In this document: positions 26,685-40,109 of the stretch, piece after piece
Layout: every line of letters starts with the position of its first letter
Position numbering within the stretch: position 1 is the first letter of the stretch
Assembly (NCBI RefSeq): GCF_963921235.1
Contig: NC_086108.1
Coordinates: 20,770,001-20,834,000, forward strand
Reading direction: 5' to 3'
Source: Mobula hypostoma
Lineage: Eukaryota
DNA: 64,000 bases
The notes under the pieces: generated by a model
Seen by the model: the letters and a program-made list of their open reading frames with translations, nothing else
What the model was told of the DNA's origin: nothing
The model's database searches: none
Position numbers and translations under genes: made by a program

Positions 26685-29300
26685 TCTAGGGAGGCTATTT
26701 GGGTGGAATTGAGGAATGGAAAAGGTGTAGTAACACTTATGGGTGTGTATTATAGACCTCCAAATGGGGAGCGAGAGTTGGAGGAGCAAATTTGTAAGGA
26801 GATAGCAGATATTTGTAGTAAGCACAAGGTTATGATTGTGGGAGATTTTAATTTTCCACACATAGACTGGGAAGCCCATACTGTAAAAGGGCTGGATGGT
26901 TTGGAGTTTGTAAAATGTGTACAGGATAGTTTTTTGCAGCAATACATAGAGGTACCAACTAGAGAAGAGGCAGTGTTGGATCTCCTGTTAGGGAATGAGA
27001 TAGGTCAGGTAACATAGGTTTGTGTTGGGGAGCACTTCGGGTCCAGTGATTGCAATGCTATTAGTTTCAATATAATTATGGAGAAGGATAGGTCTGGACC
27101 CACGGTTGAGATTTTTGATTTGGAGAAAGGCTAACTTTGAGGAGATGCAAAAGTATTTAGAAGGAGTGGATTGGGACAATTTGTTTTATGGGAAGAATGT
27201 AATTGAGAAATGGATGTCATTTAAAGGTGAAATTTTGAGAGTACAGAATCTTTATGTTCCTGTTAGGTTGAAAGGAAAGGTTAAAAGTTTGAGAGAGCCA
27301 TGGTTTTCAAGGGATATTGGAAACTTGGTTCGGAAAAAGAGAGAAATCTACAATAAATATAGGCAGCATGGAGTAAATGAGGTGCTCGAGGAATATAAAG
27401 AATGTAAAAAGATTCTTAAGAAAGAAATTAGAAAAGCTAAAATAAGATATGAGGTCGGTTTGGCAAGTAAGGTGAAAATAAATCTCAAGGGTTTCTACCA
27501 TTATATTAATAGCAAAAGGATAGTGAGGGATAAAATTGATCCCTTAGAGAATCAGAGTGGACAGCTATGTGTGGAGCCAAAAGAGATGGGGGAGATTCTG
27601 AACAACTTCTTTACTTTGGTATTCACTAAGGAGAAGGATATTGAATTGTGTAATATAAGGGAAACAGGTAGGGAAGTTATGGAAACTATGATGATTAAAG
27701 AAGAGGAAGTACTGGAGCTTTTAAGGAATATAAAAGTGGATAAGTCTCCGGGTCCTGACAGGATATTCCCAAGGACCTTGAGGGAAGTTAGTGTGGGAAT
27801 AGCAGGGGCTCTGACAGAAATATTTCAAATGTCATTAGAAACGGGGATGGTACCGGAGGATTGGCATATTGCTCATGTTGTTCCATTGTTTAAAAAGGGT
27901 TCGAAGAGTAAACCTAGCAATTATCAGCCTGTGAGTTTGATGTCAGTGGTGGGTAAATTAATGGAAAGTATTCTTAGAGATGGTTTATCAAATTATCTGG
28001 ATAGACAGGGTCTCATTAGGAATAGTCAACATGGATTCGTGTGTGGAAGGTCATGTTTGACAAATCTTATTGAATTTTTTGAAGAGGTTACTAGGAAAGT
28101 TGAAAGGGGAAAGCGGTAGATGTTGTCTATATGGACTTCAGTAAGGCCTTCGACAAGGTCCTACACAGAAGGTTGGTTAGGAAGGTTCAATTGTCAGGTA
28201 TTAATATTGAAGCAGTAAAATGGATTCAGCAGTGGCTAGATGGGAGACACCAGAGAGTGGTGGTGGATAACTGTTTGTCAGGTTGGAGGCTGGTGACTAG
28301 TGGTGTGCCTCAGGGATCTGTACTGGGTCCAGTGTTATTTGTCATATACATTAATGATCTGGATGAAGGGGTGGTAAATTGGATGAGTAAGTATGCAGAT
28401 GATACTAAGATAAGTGGTGTTGTGGATAATGAAGTAGGTTTTCAAAGCTTGTAGAGAGATTTAGGCCAGTTAGAAGAGTGGGCTGAAAGATGGCAGATGG
28501 AGTTTAATGCTGATAAATGTGAGGTGCTACATTTTGGTAGGACTAATCAAAATAGGACATACATGGTAAATGGTAGGGCACTGAAGAATGCAGTAGAACA
28601 GAGGGATCTAGGAATAATGGTGCATAGTTCCCTGAAGGTGGAATCTCATGTGGATAGGGTGGTGAAGAAAGCTTTTGATTTGCTGGCCTTTATAAATCAG
28701 AGCATTGAGTATAGGAGTTGTGATGTAATGTTGAAATTGTACAAGGCATTGGTGAGGCCAAATTTGGAGTATTGTGTACAGTTTTGGTCACCTAATTATA
28801 GGAAAGATGTCAACAAAATAGAGCACAGAGAAGATTTACTAGAATGTTACCTGGGTTTCATCACCTAAGTTACAGAGAAAGGTTGAACAAGTTGGGTCTT
28901 TATTCTTTGGAACGTAGAAGGTTGAGGGGGGACTTGACAGAGGTGTTTAAAATTAAGGGGGATTGATAGAGTTAATGTGGATAGGCTTTTTCCATTGAGA
29001 GTAGGGGAGGTTCAAACAAGAGGACATGAGTTGAGAGTTAAAGGGCAAAAGTTTAGGGGTAACATGAGGGGAACTTCTTTACTCAGAGAGTGGTAGCTGT
29101 GTGGAACGGGCTTCCAGCAGAAGTGATTGAGGCAGGTTCGATGTTGTCGTTTAAAGTTAAATTGGATAGATATATGGACAGGAAAGGAATGGAGGGTTAT
29201 GGGCTGACTGCATGTCGGTGGGACTAGGTGAGAGTAAGAGTTCGGCACGGACTAGAAGGGCCGAGATGGCCTGTTTCCATGCTGTAATTGTTATATATGT
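26685..29300 (+). mobile_element. CR1 LINE ORF2, 5'-truncated, with stops and frameshifts
   Basis: ORFs 26703-27017 (VGDFNFP, endonuclease), 27106-28119, 28131-28454 (YADD), 28497-28868. Confidence 0.93.
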
Positions 29301-29343
29301 TTGACTGTTATAAATTGTCAGAATTAGTATCAGGTTTAATATC

Positions 29344-30091
29344 TGAAACCCCCTTTTACTGGGTGTATCTAAAAGTGTGGCTCGTTAGCCCCTCACTAAC
29401 AGCCAGTGGGTTCCATGGCGAGAAACCTACCTTTCTCAGGCTTAGTACATCTGGGGTGTATATGATTTTGGTCTGGCCAAATCATGAGATTGGGATGTCT
29501 TACCCACCCAAACCCCGATTTGTATGAATGCTGTGTGATTTACTGCTCCCCGGAAATCACCTGTTGGAAAGAAATAACAAATCATATACTGCATACAATT
29601 AATCAGAAATATATTTAAGAATGTTAACTTCAGTTATTAAAGAAAGAAAGAAAGAAAAATAAAACAAAAAGGGCCCATTATACTTAAACAGTCATGCACT
29701 GGACCCTCAGTCTACATGAAAGCACACACCACCTTCTGAAAGTCACTCGCAATCCATCTTGAACAAACTGGCTCTCCCATGGGGGTATTGGTCCTTTCTC
29801 TCGAAGCCAGTCATCTGCACAAAGCACCTTGTGCAACAGGGACAGCATCCTCCATCATCTTCCCTCCCGTCTTCTCTCAGCTTCCACCAACAAAGACCTC
29901 TCTGCCCAGCATTCTTTAGAAACTTCTTCCGTTTCTACCATCCTGATTGGCTGACACCACATTCCTAAATTGAACAACAAGCTTCTCATCTCAGCTCAAA
30001 ACCAAACAAGCTGAAAGCAGAATAGACTGCTCTTACAGAACTGCTAAAATGAAATACACATAGCAGTAAAAATCCTAACCAGGGCATTACA
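29344..30091 (-). mobile_element. Solo LTR, 748 bp
   Basis: TG...CA termini with imperfect inverted ends; exact 4-bp TSD TATC (29340-29343, 30092-30095); interrupts a Rex1 tail; orientation tentative. Confidence 0.75.
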
Positions 30092-30391
30092 TATCATTGG
30101 CATATGTCGTGAAATCTGTTGCTTTGTGGCAGTAGTACGCTGCAATATATAATAATTTTAAAAATTTACAATAAGTATATATAAAAATTTTAAAATAAAT
30201 AAGTAGTGCAAAAAGAGAGGAAAAAATAGTGAGGTAGTGTTCATGGATTCATCGTCCATTCTGAAATCTGATGGCAGAAGGGAAGAAGCTGTTCCTTATG
30301 TGTTGAGTGTATGTCTTCAAGCTCTGTACCACCTTCTTGTTTGTAGCAAAGAGAAGAAGGCATGTCCTGGGTAACAGGGGTCCTTAGTGAT

Positions 30392-30612
30392 GGGCACATG
30401 GCCAAGTGGTTAAGGCATTTCTCTGGTGACCTGAAGGTCACTAGTTCGAGCCTCAGCTGTGGCAGTATGTTTGTGTACTTGAGCAAGACACCTAACCACA
30501 CATTGCTCCAGTGTCTGTGAGAGGAGTGGCGCCCCACACAGACTTCCAATCTGCGCCTTGTAAGGCATGAAAATGCCCGATGTAGGCCTCTCATGGTCTG
30601 AGTCGACGTTCC
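30392..30612 (+). mobile_element. tRNA-derived SINE, family A
   Basis: A box TGGCCAAGTGG (30399-30409), B box GTTCGAGCC (30444-30452); flanking repeat CCTTA(G/A)TGATGG at 30382 and 30613. Confidence 0.8.
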
Positions 30613-32991
30613 CCTTAATGATGGATGCCACTTTTTTTCAGGCATCACCTTTTTTTAAGGTGTTCTTCATGCTGGGGAGGCTAGTGCCCATAATGGAACC
30701 CGCTGAGTTTACAACATTCTGCAGCTTTTCTGATTCCCTCCATACCAGAAAGTGATGTAACCAGTTAGAATGCTCTTCATGGTACATCAGTAGAAATTTG
30801 TGTTCGGTGACCTCAAACTCCTAATGAAGTATAGCCACTATCATGCCTTCTTTGTAATTGCATCAATATGTTGGGCCAGGATATATCTTCAGAGATGTTG
30901 ACACCTAGGAACTTCAAACTGCTCATACTTTCCAGTCTCAATGAGGACTGGTGTGTGTTCCCTCACTTCCCCTTTCTGAAGTTCACAATCAATTCCTTGG
31001 TCTAACTGACATTGAATGCAAGGTTGTGGTTGCAACACCACTTAACAAGATGATCTATCTCATTCGTGTCCATCTCCACATAACCAGCTGAAATTCTGCC
31101 AACAATAACTTTGTCATTGACCAATTCATAGATGGCATTTGAGCTGTGTCAAACCACACAATTGTGGGTGTAGAGAGTACAGCAGTGGGCTAAGCACGCA
31201 CCCTTTAGCTGTGACAGTGTTGATTGTCAGCGAGTAGAAGATGCTACCTCTGATCTGCACAGAATGTGGTCTCCTGATGAGGAGGTCAAGGATCCAGTTG
31301 AAAGGGGTGGTACAGAGGCCCAGATTTTGGAGTTTGTTGATTAAAACTGAGGGTATGATTGTGTTGAATGCTGAGCTATAATCAATAAACAGCAGCCTCA
31401 TGTAGGTATTACTGTTGTCCAGGTGATCCAGGTCCAAGTGAGATTGCATCCATTGTAGACCCACTGTGGCAATATGCAAATTGCAGTGGATCCAGGTCCC
31501 TGCTTGGGCAGGAGTTGGTTCTAGCCATGGCCAACCTCTCAAAGCACTTCATCACAGTAGATGTGAGTGTAACTGGGCAATAATTGTTGAGGCATGTCAC
31601 CCTGCTCTTTTTGGGCACTGGTGCAACTGTCACCTTTTTGAAGCAGGTAGGAACTTCTGAATATTGAAGATGTCCTTTAACACTTCTGCCAGTTGGTTGC
31701 CACAGGTTTTCAGAGCCCTTCCAGGTACACCATCAGGGCCTGACATCTTGCGAGGGTTCATCCACTTGAAAGACATTCTGAAGTTGGTCTCAGAGACAGA
31801 GATCAGGTGCTGCAGGGGTTTGCACAGGTGTAGTTTTATTTTCCCTTTCAAAGCATGCATAAAAGGCATTGAGTTCACCTAGGAGTGAAGTATCATAGCC
31901 ATTCATGGTAGTTTTCACTTTGTAGGAAGTAATGGCCTACAAACACTACCAGAACTGACATTCATCTGATTTTGTCTACCTCAATCAGTATTGTTTTCTC
32001 ATTCTTAAAATAGCCTTCCATAGGTCTTGCCTGGACTTCTTGTATAGTCCTGGATCACTGGTCTAGAATGCCACAGATCTAGCTCTCATCAGACTATAAA
32101 TGTCTTTGTTCATCAAGGGTTTTTGGTTTGAATATGTCCAATATGTTCTCGATGGCACACTTATCCACACATGTCTTGAAAAAGTCGGTGATAACCGTAG
32201 CATATTCGTTCAGATTCAAAGAAGAATCCCTAAACATTGTCTATTCCACTAACTCAAAGCAGTCCTGTAACTGCTTCTCTACCTCCTTTGACCTTCTTGG
32301 TCCTCACTACTGGTGCTGTGGTTTTTAGTCAGTTCTTAGTCTGCACCTGTTTGGTGAGCCTTGTATTTAAAGGCAACAGTGGATTTTTTAATCATTTTAA
32401 GAAAAGTGCAATTAAGTGACATCATATAACTTGTTTCAAACAAAAATTCCTCTTCAACTAGGTGATTACAAAATACCATCATAATGCATAAATGAAACAT
32501 ATACTGTACTTGTTTTACCTAGTTCCCAGATTGAGCTTTTAGTAAGGACTGCTGAAGGAGTTAATAGATGAACCACTGCAGTCTATGACAACATATATGC
32601 ATTTGGCAGCCAAGTACAATTTGGGTTCAAAGTAAATGGAAAAATACCATGTTCCACCAGGGGATTTTATGGCTTCAACATGGTTCATGGGAAATCAGTC
32701 TGGAAAGCATTTTTATTTTAAGAATTGATAAAATCGCTACAGAATCCTATGTGTTTGCATGGTAATGATGGAAACAGATTAAGGAGGTGTGGTTAGGCAT
32801 AGTTTACTGAAGCCTGGATCATGCCGACCTCTTATTATTAGAGTTGCCTTCATCCAGGCAACTGAAGAGTTATTCACCAGACACCTGGTTTGTGCTGGGT
32901 CAATGCTGGGTAGGTTTTGAAGAGTCAGGAAGTTAAGTACATATGCTACAGAATACGACCCAGTTTTATGTAGATGGACAAATTTCTGGAC

Positions 32992-33117
32992 ATGATGAAG
33001 GGTCTTGGTCCAAAACGTCGACTATACACTTTTCCATAGATGCTGCCTGGCCTGCTGAGTTCCTCCAGCATTTTATGTGTGTTGCTTGGACTTCCAGCAT
33101 CGGCAGATTTTCTCTTG
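32992..33117 (+). mobile_element. Penelope 3' terminal-repeat fragment starting inside a degenerate hammerhead
   Basis: TGATGAAGGGTCTTGGTCCAAAACGTCGACT followed by GATGCTGCCTGGCCTGCTGAGTTCCTCCAGC and the tail. Confidence 0.8.
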
Positions 33118-33313
33118 CATGACATAGATGTTACTTCCTGCATTGTTCAGCTCAATCCTAAATATTTCAAGAGTTTTGATGCATTTGGATGCCAATTTTT
33201 TCAAATTTTTATTAAATTGTGATAAAACCAAACACAAAATTTGTATTGACTGAAATAAATAACTGGGACTTTATGCCAAAACATATATAATTAACTTTCC
33301 ATTCTTTCCTTAG

Positions 33314-33498
33314 GTAACTGTGCCCACTTCCATAAAGGTGGTTGGTGGTACAATGCCTGTGCTCACTGTAATTTGAATGGAGTATGGTATCGTGGAGGTC
33401 ATTATCGCAGCAAGTATCAGGATGGAATTTACTGGGCTGAATTTCGTGGAGGTTCCTACTCTCTTAAAAGTGTAGTAATGATGGTCAAACCTGAATAA
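33314..33498 (+). CDS. ANGPTL1: Angiopoietin-like protein 1, last coding exon (absent from the ORF track)
   Basis: Polypyrimidine tract and tag|; (G)NCAHFHKGGWWYNACAHCNLNGVWYRGGHYRSKYQDGIYWAEFRGGSYSLKSVVMMVKPE-stop; AHFHKGG and the short C-terminus are ANGPTL1-like. Confidence 0.95.
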
Positions 33499-33830
33499 CA
33501 CACTGGTAAATAAGTCACATGTCCCCAATGAATACACTTAAGAAAAATAAAGAGGTTGTTTCAAATATAGGTGCTTTGTTAAAAAAGCATTATGTTTCAC
33601 AATGTTAACAGAACATTTAATTTGTTACCTACATAAATGGATTTATTACCTTATAAAATACTACAAATGCAAGGATCTTTAAAGTGTTTTGCGCATCTGT
33701 GTTCAACGAACTATTTGCACTATAGAGGAAATATGACTTTTCTGATACAGGACAGCATTACACATGTGCCATGAATTTAACCAGATTACTTTGTAATCCA
33801 ATAAAACCACAATGTTATAACTAATCTTTA
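33499..33830 (+). terminator. Probable ANGPTL1 3' UTR with candidate poly(A) signals
   Basis: AATAAA at 33546-33551 and 33800-33805 in repeat-free AT-rich sequence; the site used is unknown. Confidence 0.4.
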
Positions 33831-34511
33831 GATTATATTAATACTATATTTTATTGAAAGACTATTGCTTGTTTAATAATCTGCTGTCAAACACACCGAC
33901 TTTATTCCAATAACATCTACAGGATCCTCATTATTTTTGGTAATGCTAAAAACAATGAAAGGCAATGTTGAAATATGTATTTCACAATGCCTTTCATGTA
34001 CTGAAGGTTATTTTCAACAGAATTTTGAGGAACAATTATCTCCATAGATTATGAATGCTAATCCTTCTGAATGAGATGAAAAATAATTAAACTAGGGTTT
34101 AAAACAGTGTGCCATGTATCCTTATAAACTTTGAAATTTGAAATCCTGATCATTGTTAGATATAGAATACTCACAAGAAGAAATGTTTACACCATATTTG
34201 AATATTTGTTGGCGCCTCAATTTTTCCTTACGATGAAAATATATTGAAATCTTGTAGGTGTTACTAATCCTGAAAGCGGTCAGGTGGCCATTATTAACCA
34301 CAGACAAATAAAATGGTTCAACTACAGAGAAAACTGTCATAATTTTACCAAATGCTCAATTCACCTGAAATGCTGCAAACAATGTGTTCATGATGATCAT
34401 CACTGAACTAGAAAATTAGACCTGTATTTTAGAATACCATGAACTTCTAATCAGGAAAGGTAGAAATAAACTGTCTCTCTTCAGGAATAAAGTAACATAT
34501 TTACTCATTAA

Positions 34512-34722
34512 GCCAGCTGGTGGCATAGTGGCATCAGTGCCGGACTTCAGAGCGAAGGCTCCCAAGTTCGAATCCAACCGGGTCCCCTTGCATGCTTTCC
34601 ATCTGTGATGCGTTGAGTGTCGAGCTAGCAACTCGGCCTTGTAAAAAATAAGAAAGCCTGCTAAAAAAATGGCGTCCTGATGACTCCACTTGGACTTAAG
34701 GGCTTTCTTCTTCTTCTTTTTC
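34512..34722 (+). mobile_element. tRNA-derived SINE, family B, (TTC)n tail
   Basis: A box TGGCATAGTGG, B box GTTCGAATCC; perfect 13-bp TSD ATTTACTCATTAA (34499-34511, 34723-34735). Confidence 0.85.
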
Positions 34723-36379
34723 ATTTACTCATTAAAGAAAATGAGTAACTTCTTGAAAATAATTTTATTACACTTGTTCTTGATCAACACCTTGTGACTA
34801 TAATCACTGTGTGCCATAGCTGGGCTGTGGTGTGGAGACCATATCCCATGACAGGCCTGCAACAAGAAGTTTGCTTTTTATAAGTTTTCCAAAATACCAG
34901 GTTGTTCATATTACTGGGGGCTTCCCCATAATAGCTGATAACTGAACAATATGGTAATTTATGAATTATGTTATGTTATTGTTGGTTTGTTCACACAACT
35001 GAACCAAGATTCCCAAAGTATTATAGGACAAAACTTGTATCATTTGAAGAATGTACAACAGCTGTATATCAACACCATACAAAAATATTTCCACTAAATC
35101 ACATTATACATCTATTAGATTTATTTACCTGGGTTACAAGAAGGCACAATAAAGAATCTTTTAAAATGAACAATTTATTTATTTGTCTGAACTAAGCTTT
35201 GTTAAATTTCAACTATTAATCATTGATGAAATATCACCACTTATTTCATCTGTATTTAGTCAAAACATGTTAGTTCAGTCAAAACATCCTTACATCTCTG
35301 CAGTCAGGTAGTTGTAGGCAAATTAATGTCCGGTGACTTTTTGTCTATTTATTACAAAATTATTGATTGTAATTTAGTGAAATTTTCAAATCCATGAATG
35401 TTTTGACTTGTGGTAGTATCCAACCCAGATATGATAATTATAAGATAATCACTCATAAATCCAGTAAAAAATACACCAGACATGTCTTAAAATGTGAAAG
35501 CTCCATCACTAGAAGAAACTTGGAGTTCTTAGCAAACACAATTATGGGGAAGCTGGATACGATACAAACGAAATGAATGAAAAAATATGCTTATGATGTA
35601 GATGGCAGAACAATAGGAAACCCGTGAGGAATCCACGCTGTTTTAGAAAGACACAGTTCTCTATTGTAAATTCTCAAAAATACCATACAATTTCAAATGG
35701 TGAAAGATTATCATTTAAAGGAGAACATATTTAGATCTGTCAAGGGTGACAATGAAATTCAGTTAAACTGCTCTAATATATACCAAATATAGGGGAGGAA
35801 ATACTTATATAAACAAATCTGGGTTGTAGAATTTTAAGAATGGGTTCTGGTCAACGCTGGTTGCTTAAATATGACATTCGAGGGGAAAAAAATCAGATCT
35901 TAATACAAGATTAATGTGAACACTTGTAAATAGACAATCTTAAGTTTCCGGTAAAATTGTCTGGTTTTCTTATTGAGATTCAAATTCCAAAAGTAAGTAT
36001 AAACCATTAATAAAATATTTGATAGACTGCAATTTCTTACTCTAACTTGCTAATATCTTAAATTTTCATTTCATCATTACTTTTTTTTCACATTATCCTC
36101 CAAAATCCTTGAACATGGTATCAATTCCAAAATTGCAAACCTTGCACTAAATTCTTTGCTTGAATCACTCTGTGGGTTTCCAACCCTTGACATTCCAATT
36201 ACTTTAATTAATTCTGTCTCTAATGCAGTGACTTCCAAGTCATTTCTCTCTACATAAAAACATTTTCCTCATGTCTTTTGCCCTGCCCAGTTTGATCCCA
36301 TGCTGCTTGCTGTGATAGGAACATCTTTCTTCTATGCAACCAGTTCAAGCCCATCATAGTCTTCCAGATATCTGTTAAA

Positions 36380-37365
36380 TTTTCACGCAGAGTGGTGGGT
36401 GCGTGGAATGGGCTGCCGGCAGCGGTGGTGGAGGTGGAAACAATAGGGTCTTTTAAGAGACTCCTGGATAGGTGCATGGAGCTTAGAAAAATAGAGGGCT
36501 GTGGGTAAGCCTAGGTAGTTCTAAGGTAAGGACACGTTCGGCACAGTTTTGTAGGCCGAAGGGCCTGTATTGTGCTGTAGGTTTTCTATGTTTCTTTAAT
36601 CTAATGCTGCATCTGAAATACCTCAAACTTGAATTCCTTCTAGTAAACTTCTCCCGTAGATCAGGTCAAAGAATAAAGTTTTATATTCTTTGAATATAAT
36701 GATATTACATGATAGGTATTTGATAACTTGTTAAATGTAACCATCTTTCATTGCCTTCATTGGTACAGGTGTTGAATATAAGAGTACAGAAGTCATGCTG
36801 CAGCTATCAAAAGCTTTATTCACACCATGATTGCAGTACTGCATGCAGTCCTGGTCGCCCCACTATAGGAAGGATGTGGAGAGACTATGGAGAGAATGCA
36901 GAAGAGATTTACTAGAATGCTGTCTCAATTAGAGGATATGAATTATAATGAAAGATTGGAAAACTTGGGTTGTTCTCCCTAGAATGTCAGAGGCTGAGGG
37001 GAGACCCGAGAGAGGCATTTCAAATTATGAGCGGCATTGTTCGGGTAGGCAGCCAAAACCTACCAACAGATTAGAAATGTCAAACAGCAGGGGACATGAA
37101 ACAAGGGAGGAGGGTTTAAAGGCAATATGAGGGGCAAGTTTTTTTTAATACAGAGTGGTAGATCCCTGGAATAGGTTACCAGGGGTAATAGTGAAACCAG
37201 GCAGCTTGTTACGAGTTTAAGCAGCTTTTAGACAGACACATGAATATGAAGGGAAAAAAGAGGTATGGATGACACAGAATGAAATTTAGTGTAAAACTGG
37301 TTTCAAGATAGTACAAAATCATGGCTGAATAGGTTGTCCAATACTGTACTGTTCTATGCTCTATA
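36380..37365 (+). mobile_element. Two CR1 3' fragments (about 36380-36595 and 36755-37365)
   Basis: First is closely similar to 9960-10165; second matches CR1 RT C-terminus and TTCTATG tail. Confidence 0.8.
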
Positions 37366-37502
37366 TAATAATTCTGTAATTTCCCTGCATTATGCTTCTT
37401 GGTAGCAAAAGTACAAAAGTACCTTTCTTGCTTCTTAATTCCAATCCAAACAGTTTCTATTCTTATTCTTTCAAGGATATACTTTCACTCAAAACAGCCT
37501 CA

Positions 37503-38145
37503 AAACATCTCTGGGGACCTAACCTGGTCCCAACATATTGATGTAGCTATAAAGAAGCCAAGACAGCGACTAGACTTCATTACAAATTTGAAGAGATTTG
37601 GTATGTCAACAAATATCCTCAAAACCTTAAGTAGATATACTGTGGCGAGCATTCTGACAGACTGCGTCACTGTCTGCATGGGAGGGAGGGAGCTATTGCA
37701 CAGGACCGAAAGAACTTGCAGAGGGTCGTAAATTTAGCCGGCTCCATCTTGGGTACTAGCCTACAAAGTACCTAGGACATCTTCAAGGAGCAGTGTCTCA
37801 GAAAGGCAGCTTCCATTATTAAGGACCCCCAGCACCCAGGGCATGCCTTTTTCTCATTGTTACCATAAGTTAGGGAGTACAGAAGCCTGGAGGCACACAC
37901 TCAGTGATTCAGGAACAGCTTCTTCCCCTCTGCCATCTGATTCTTAAATGAATATTGAACCCGTGAACGCTACCTCACTTTTTTAATATGTATTATTTCT
38001 GTTCTTGCACGATTTTTAATCTATTCAATATACATATACTGTAATTTATTTATTTTCCTCTATTATGTATTGCATTGAACTGCTGCTGCTAAGTTAACAA
38101 ATTTCACGACACATGCTGATGATAATAAACCCGATTCTGATTCTA
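37503..38145 (+). mobile_element. Rex1/Babar 3' fragment
   Basis: NISGDLTWSQHID...LKRFGMS; AATAAACCCGATTCTGATTCT tail. Confidence 0.82.
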
Positions 38146-38837
38146 ATACAGAGTTCTTGTTTGAGACTGGAATGCACTGTACGCTTCCAAGAGGTATTCA
38201 CACAGTCCTAAATTCTGTCTTGTCTGACAGACAGCTCTTAAAACATATGATCCATAAAAATTTCAGTCTCCCCAAGCTCTGATGACCCCTGCTTCTCTCC
38301 AAGCTAGGTCCTGTGCTTGAACTTGATCACATTCCTTCACAAAGAGTTTGAATAATAATGAAGTCATCATAATAACAATATAATAACAACCAAAGCCAAA
38401 TCCAACCAAGTTCATCAATTCATTGATGCATTGATAAGTATATGATCCATCTTTGGCAACTGTGTGTGTGATACTTAACTGGCATTTTATTATCACCTTT
38501 AAAAATAGATGCAAAGTGAAGTTAGGAGAACATAAGTGATCCATTTCTGCCTTTAAAGCTACTTTGTTGAATATTGAGGAGTATTCACTTTTAATAAACT
38601 TCTATTAAAAAGATTACTGAGCAAAATCTCAAATCATATATGCAACCTGAAAACAAAATGGCAACTAGACCAGTTTTAGAATAAACACTTCCAAACATTC
38701 TCCAAAGCTGGAGAACTCTCATTCATTTGTTTAAACCTTTTTATTCAACCAGGTATCTTTGTGATGTTTTCCTTGGTGTGACTTAAGTTTCATATTTAGT
38801 TTACTCTTCTCTGATCACCCACCTCATTCTGCTTATA

Positions 38838-39343
38838 CACTCAATGGCCACTTTAATACGAACATCTGTATACCTGCTTGTTGATGTAAATATCTAATCA
38901 GCCAATCATGCATGCATAAAAGCGTGCAGACATGGTCAAGATTTTCAGTTGTTGTTCAAGCTAAACAGAGTGGAGGACAAATGCTATCTAGTTGACTTTG
39001 ACCATGGAATGACTTTAGATGGCAGACAGGATGGTTTGAGTATCTCCTGAGATTTTCACAGACAACAGTCTCTAGAATTTAGAGAATGGTGTGAAAAACA
39101 AAATAAACATCCAGCAACTGGTAGCTCTGTGGGCAAAAACACTTTGTTAATGAGAGAGGTCAGAGGAGAATGGCCAGACTGGTTCAAGCTGACAGGAAGC
39201 TGACAGTAACTCAAATAACCATGAGTTACAAGTGGTGTGCAGAAAAGCAGCTTTGAATGCACAACGCATCAAACCTTGAAGAGGATGGGCTACAGCAGCA
39301 GAAGACCATGAACATACACTCAGTGGCCACTTCATTAGGTGCA
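38838..39343 (+). mobile_element. Non-autonomous Tc1 derivative, copy 1
   Basis: TA|CACTCAATGGCCACTTTAAT start, decayed transposase N-terminus, direct repeat of the terminus at 39317; collinear with 43020-43582. Confidence 0.75.
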
Positions 39344-40109
39344 TCATACAAAACTATTGTTGTTCATTCTCCTTGAAATAGTAACGAACTTAATTTGGAC
39401 TAACGAAGGATGTCTTTATCAAGTACAAGATGTTAACATAATTTTCCTCAACTGAAATAAGATGAACAAACTTTTCCTTCCTCTCAAATAAATGACATAA
39501 CATTTTGAAAGACGTAACAAACTTTCACTTAATTCAGTGCCATGTAAGAATGGAAAAAAAACTATTTTAATATTCCTCAGATTTCAGTCCGTAAATTACA
39601 TACCTACAGTATTTTCCTTTGCTGTTGTGAGATTACTCTCACTGGATTATTTTTTATATCAATCTAGTGAGAGTAATCTTACAAATGTAAAAGAAAATAA
39701 TAATCTTGGTTCTGTCACATTTTGTATTTTTGAGTTAGTCTATCCAAAAGCCTAGCCAGTATTTGACTCTACAAAACTCTCCCAAGATCACAATCTGACC
39801 AATAATTAAAAGCTTTCTTCACATGGTATTGCATTTTTGTTTAGAAAATTGTAATGCAGCCTGCAATACATTTAACCTTATCTACCTCTTCTCAAAATCA
39901 TGCTCCATTATTATTGATTGTATGGCAAAATAGTTGGTTGAATTATTTATGGCCAGATTCAATCTTTTGCATCTGCAGTTTAACATCCCTTGTGTTTTAA
40001 AAGCCATCTCTTGTACTGATGCCCAAGCATGGTGATCTGCCTCAATGATTACCATTCTGTCATGCTTATATGAACCATAATGAAATACTTATTGAGATCA
40101 ATTATGGCA

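Larger units (their letters stand above)
29318..32330 (-). mobile_element. Rex1/Babar LINE, decayed, carrying a solo LTR and a SINE
   Basis: ORF remnants 31126-31542 (RLLFIDYSSAFNTI), 31409-31633, 31630-31878. Confidence 0.85.

Noticed and set aside
30392..30460. Genuine tRNA gene (also 34512-34580 and 58624-58696)
   Set aside because: No complete cloverleaf; each continues into a SINE body, with TSDs in two cases
34676..34700. CTGATGA in the SINE tail as another hammerhead
   Set aside because: No GAAA box or cleavage triplet at the required spacing
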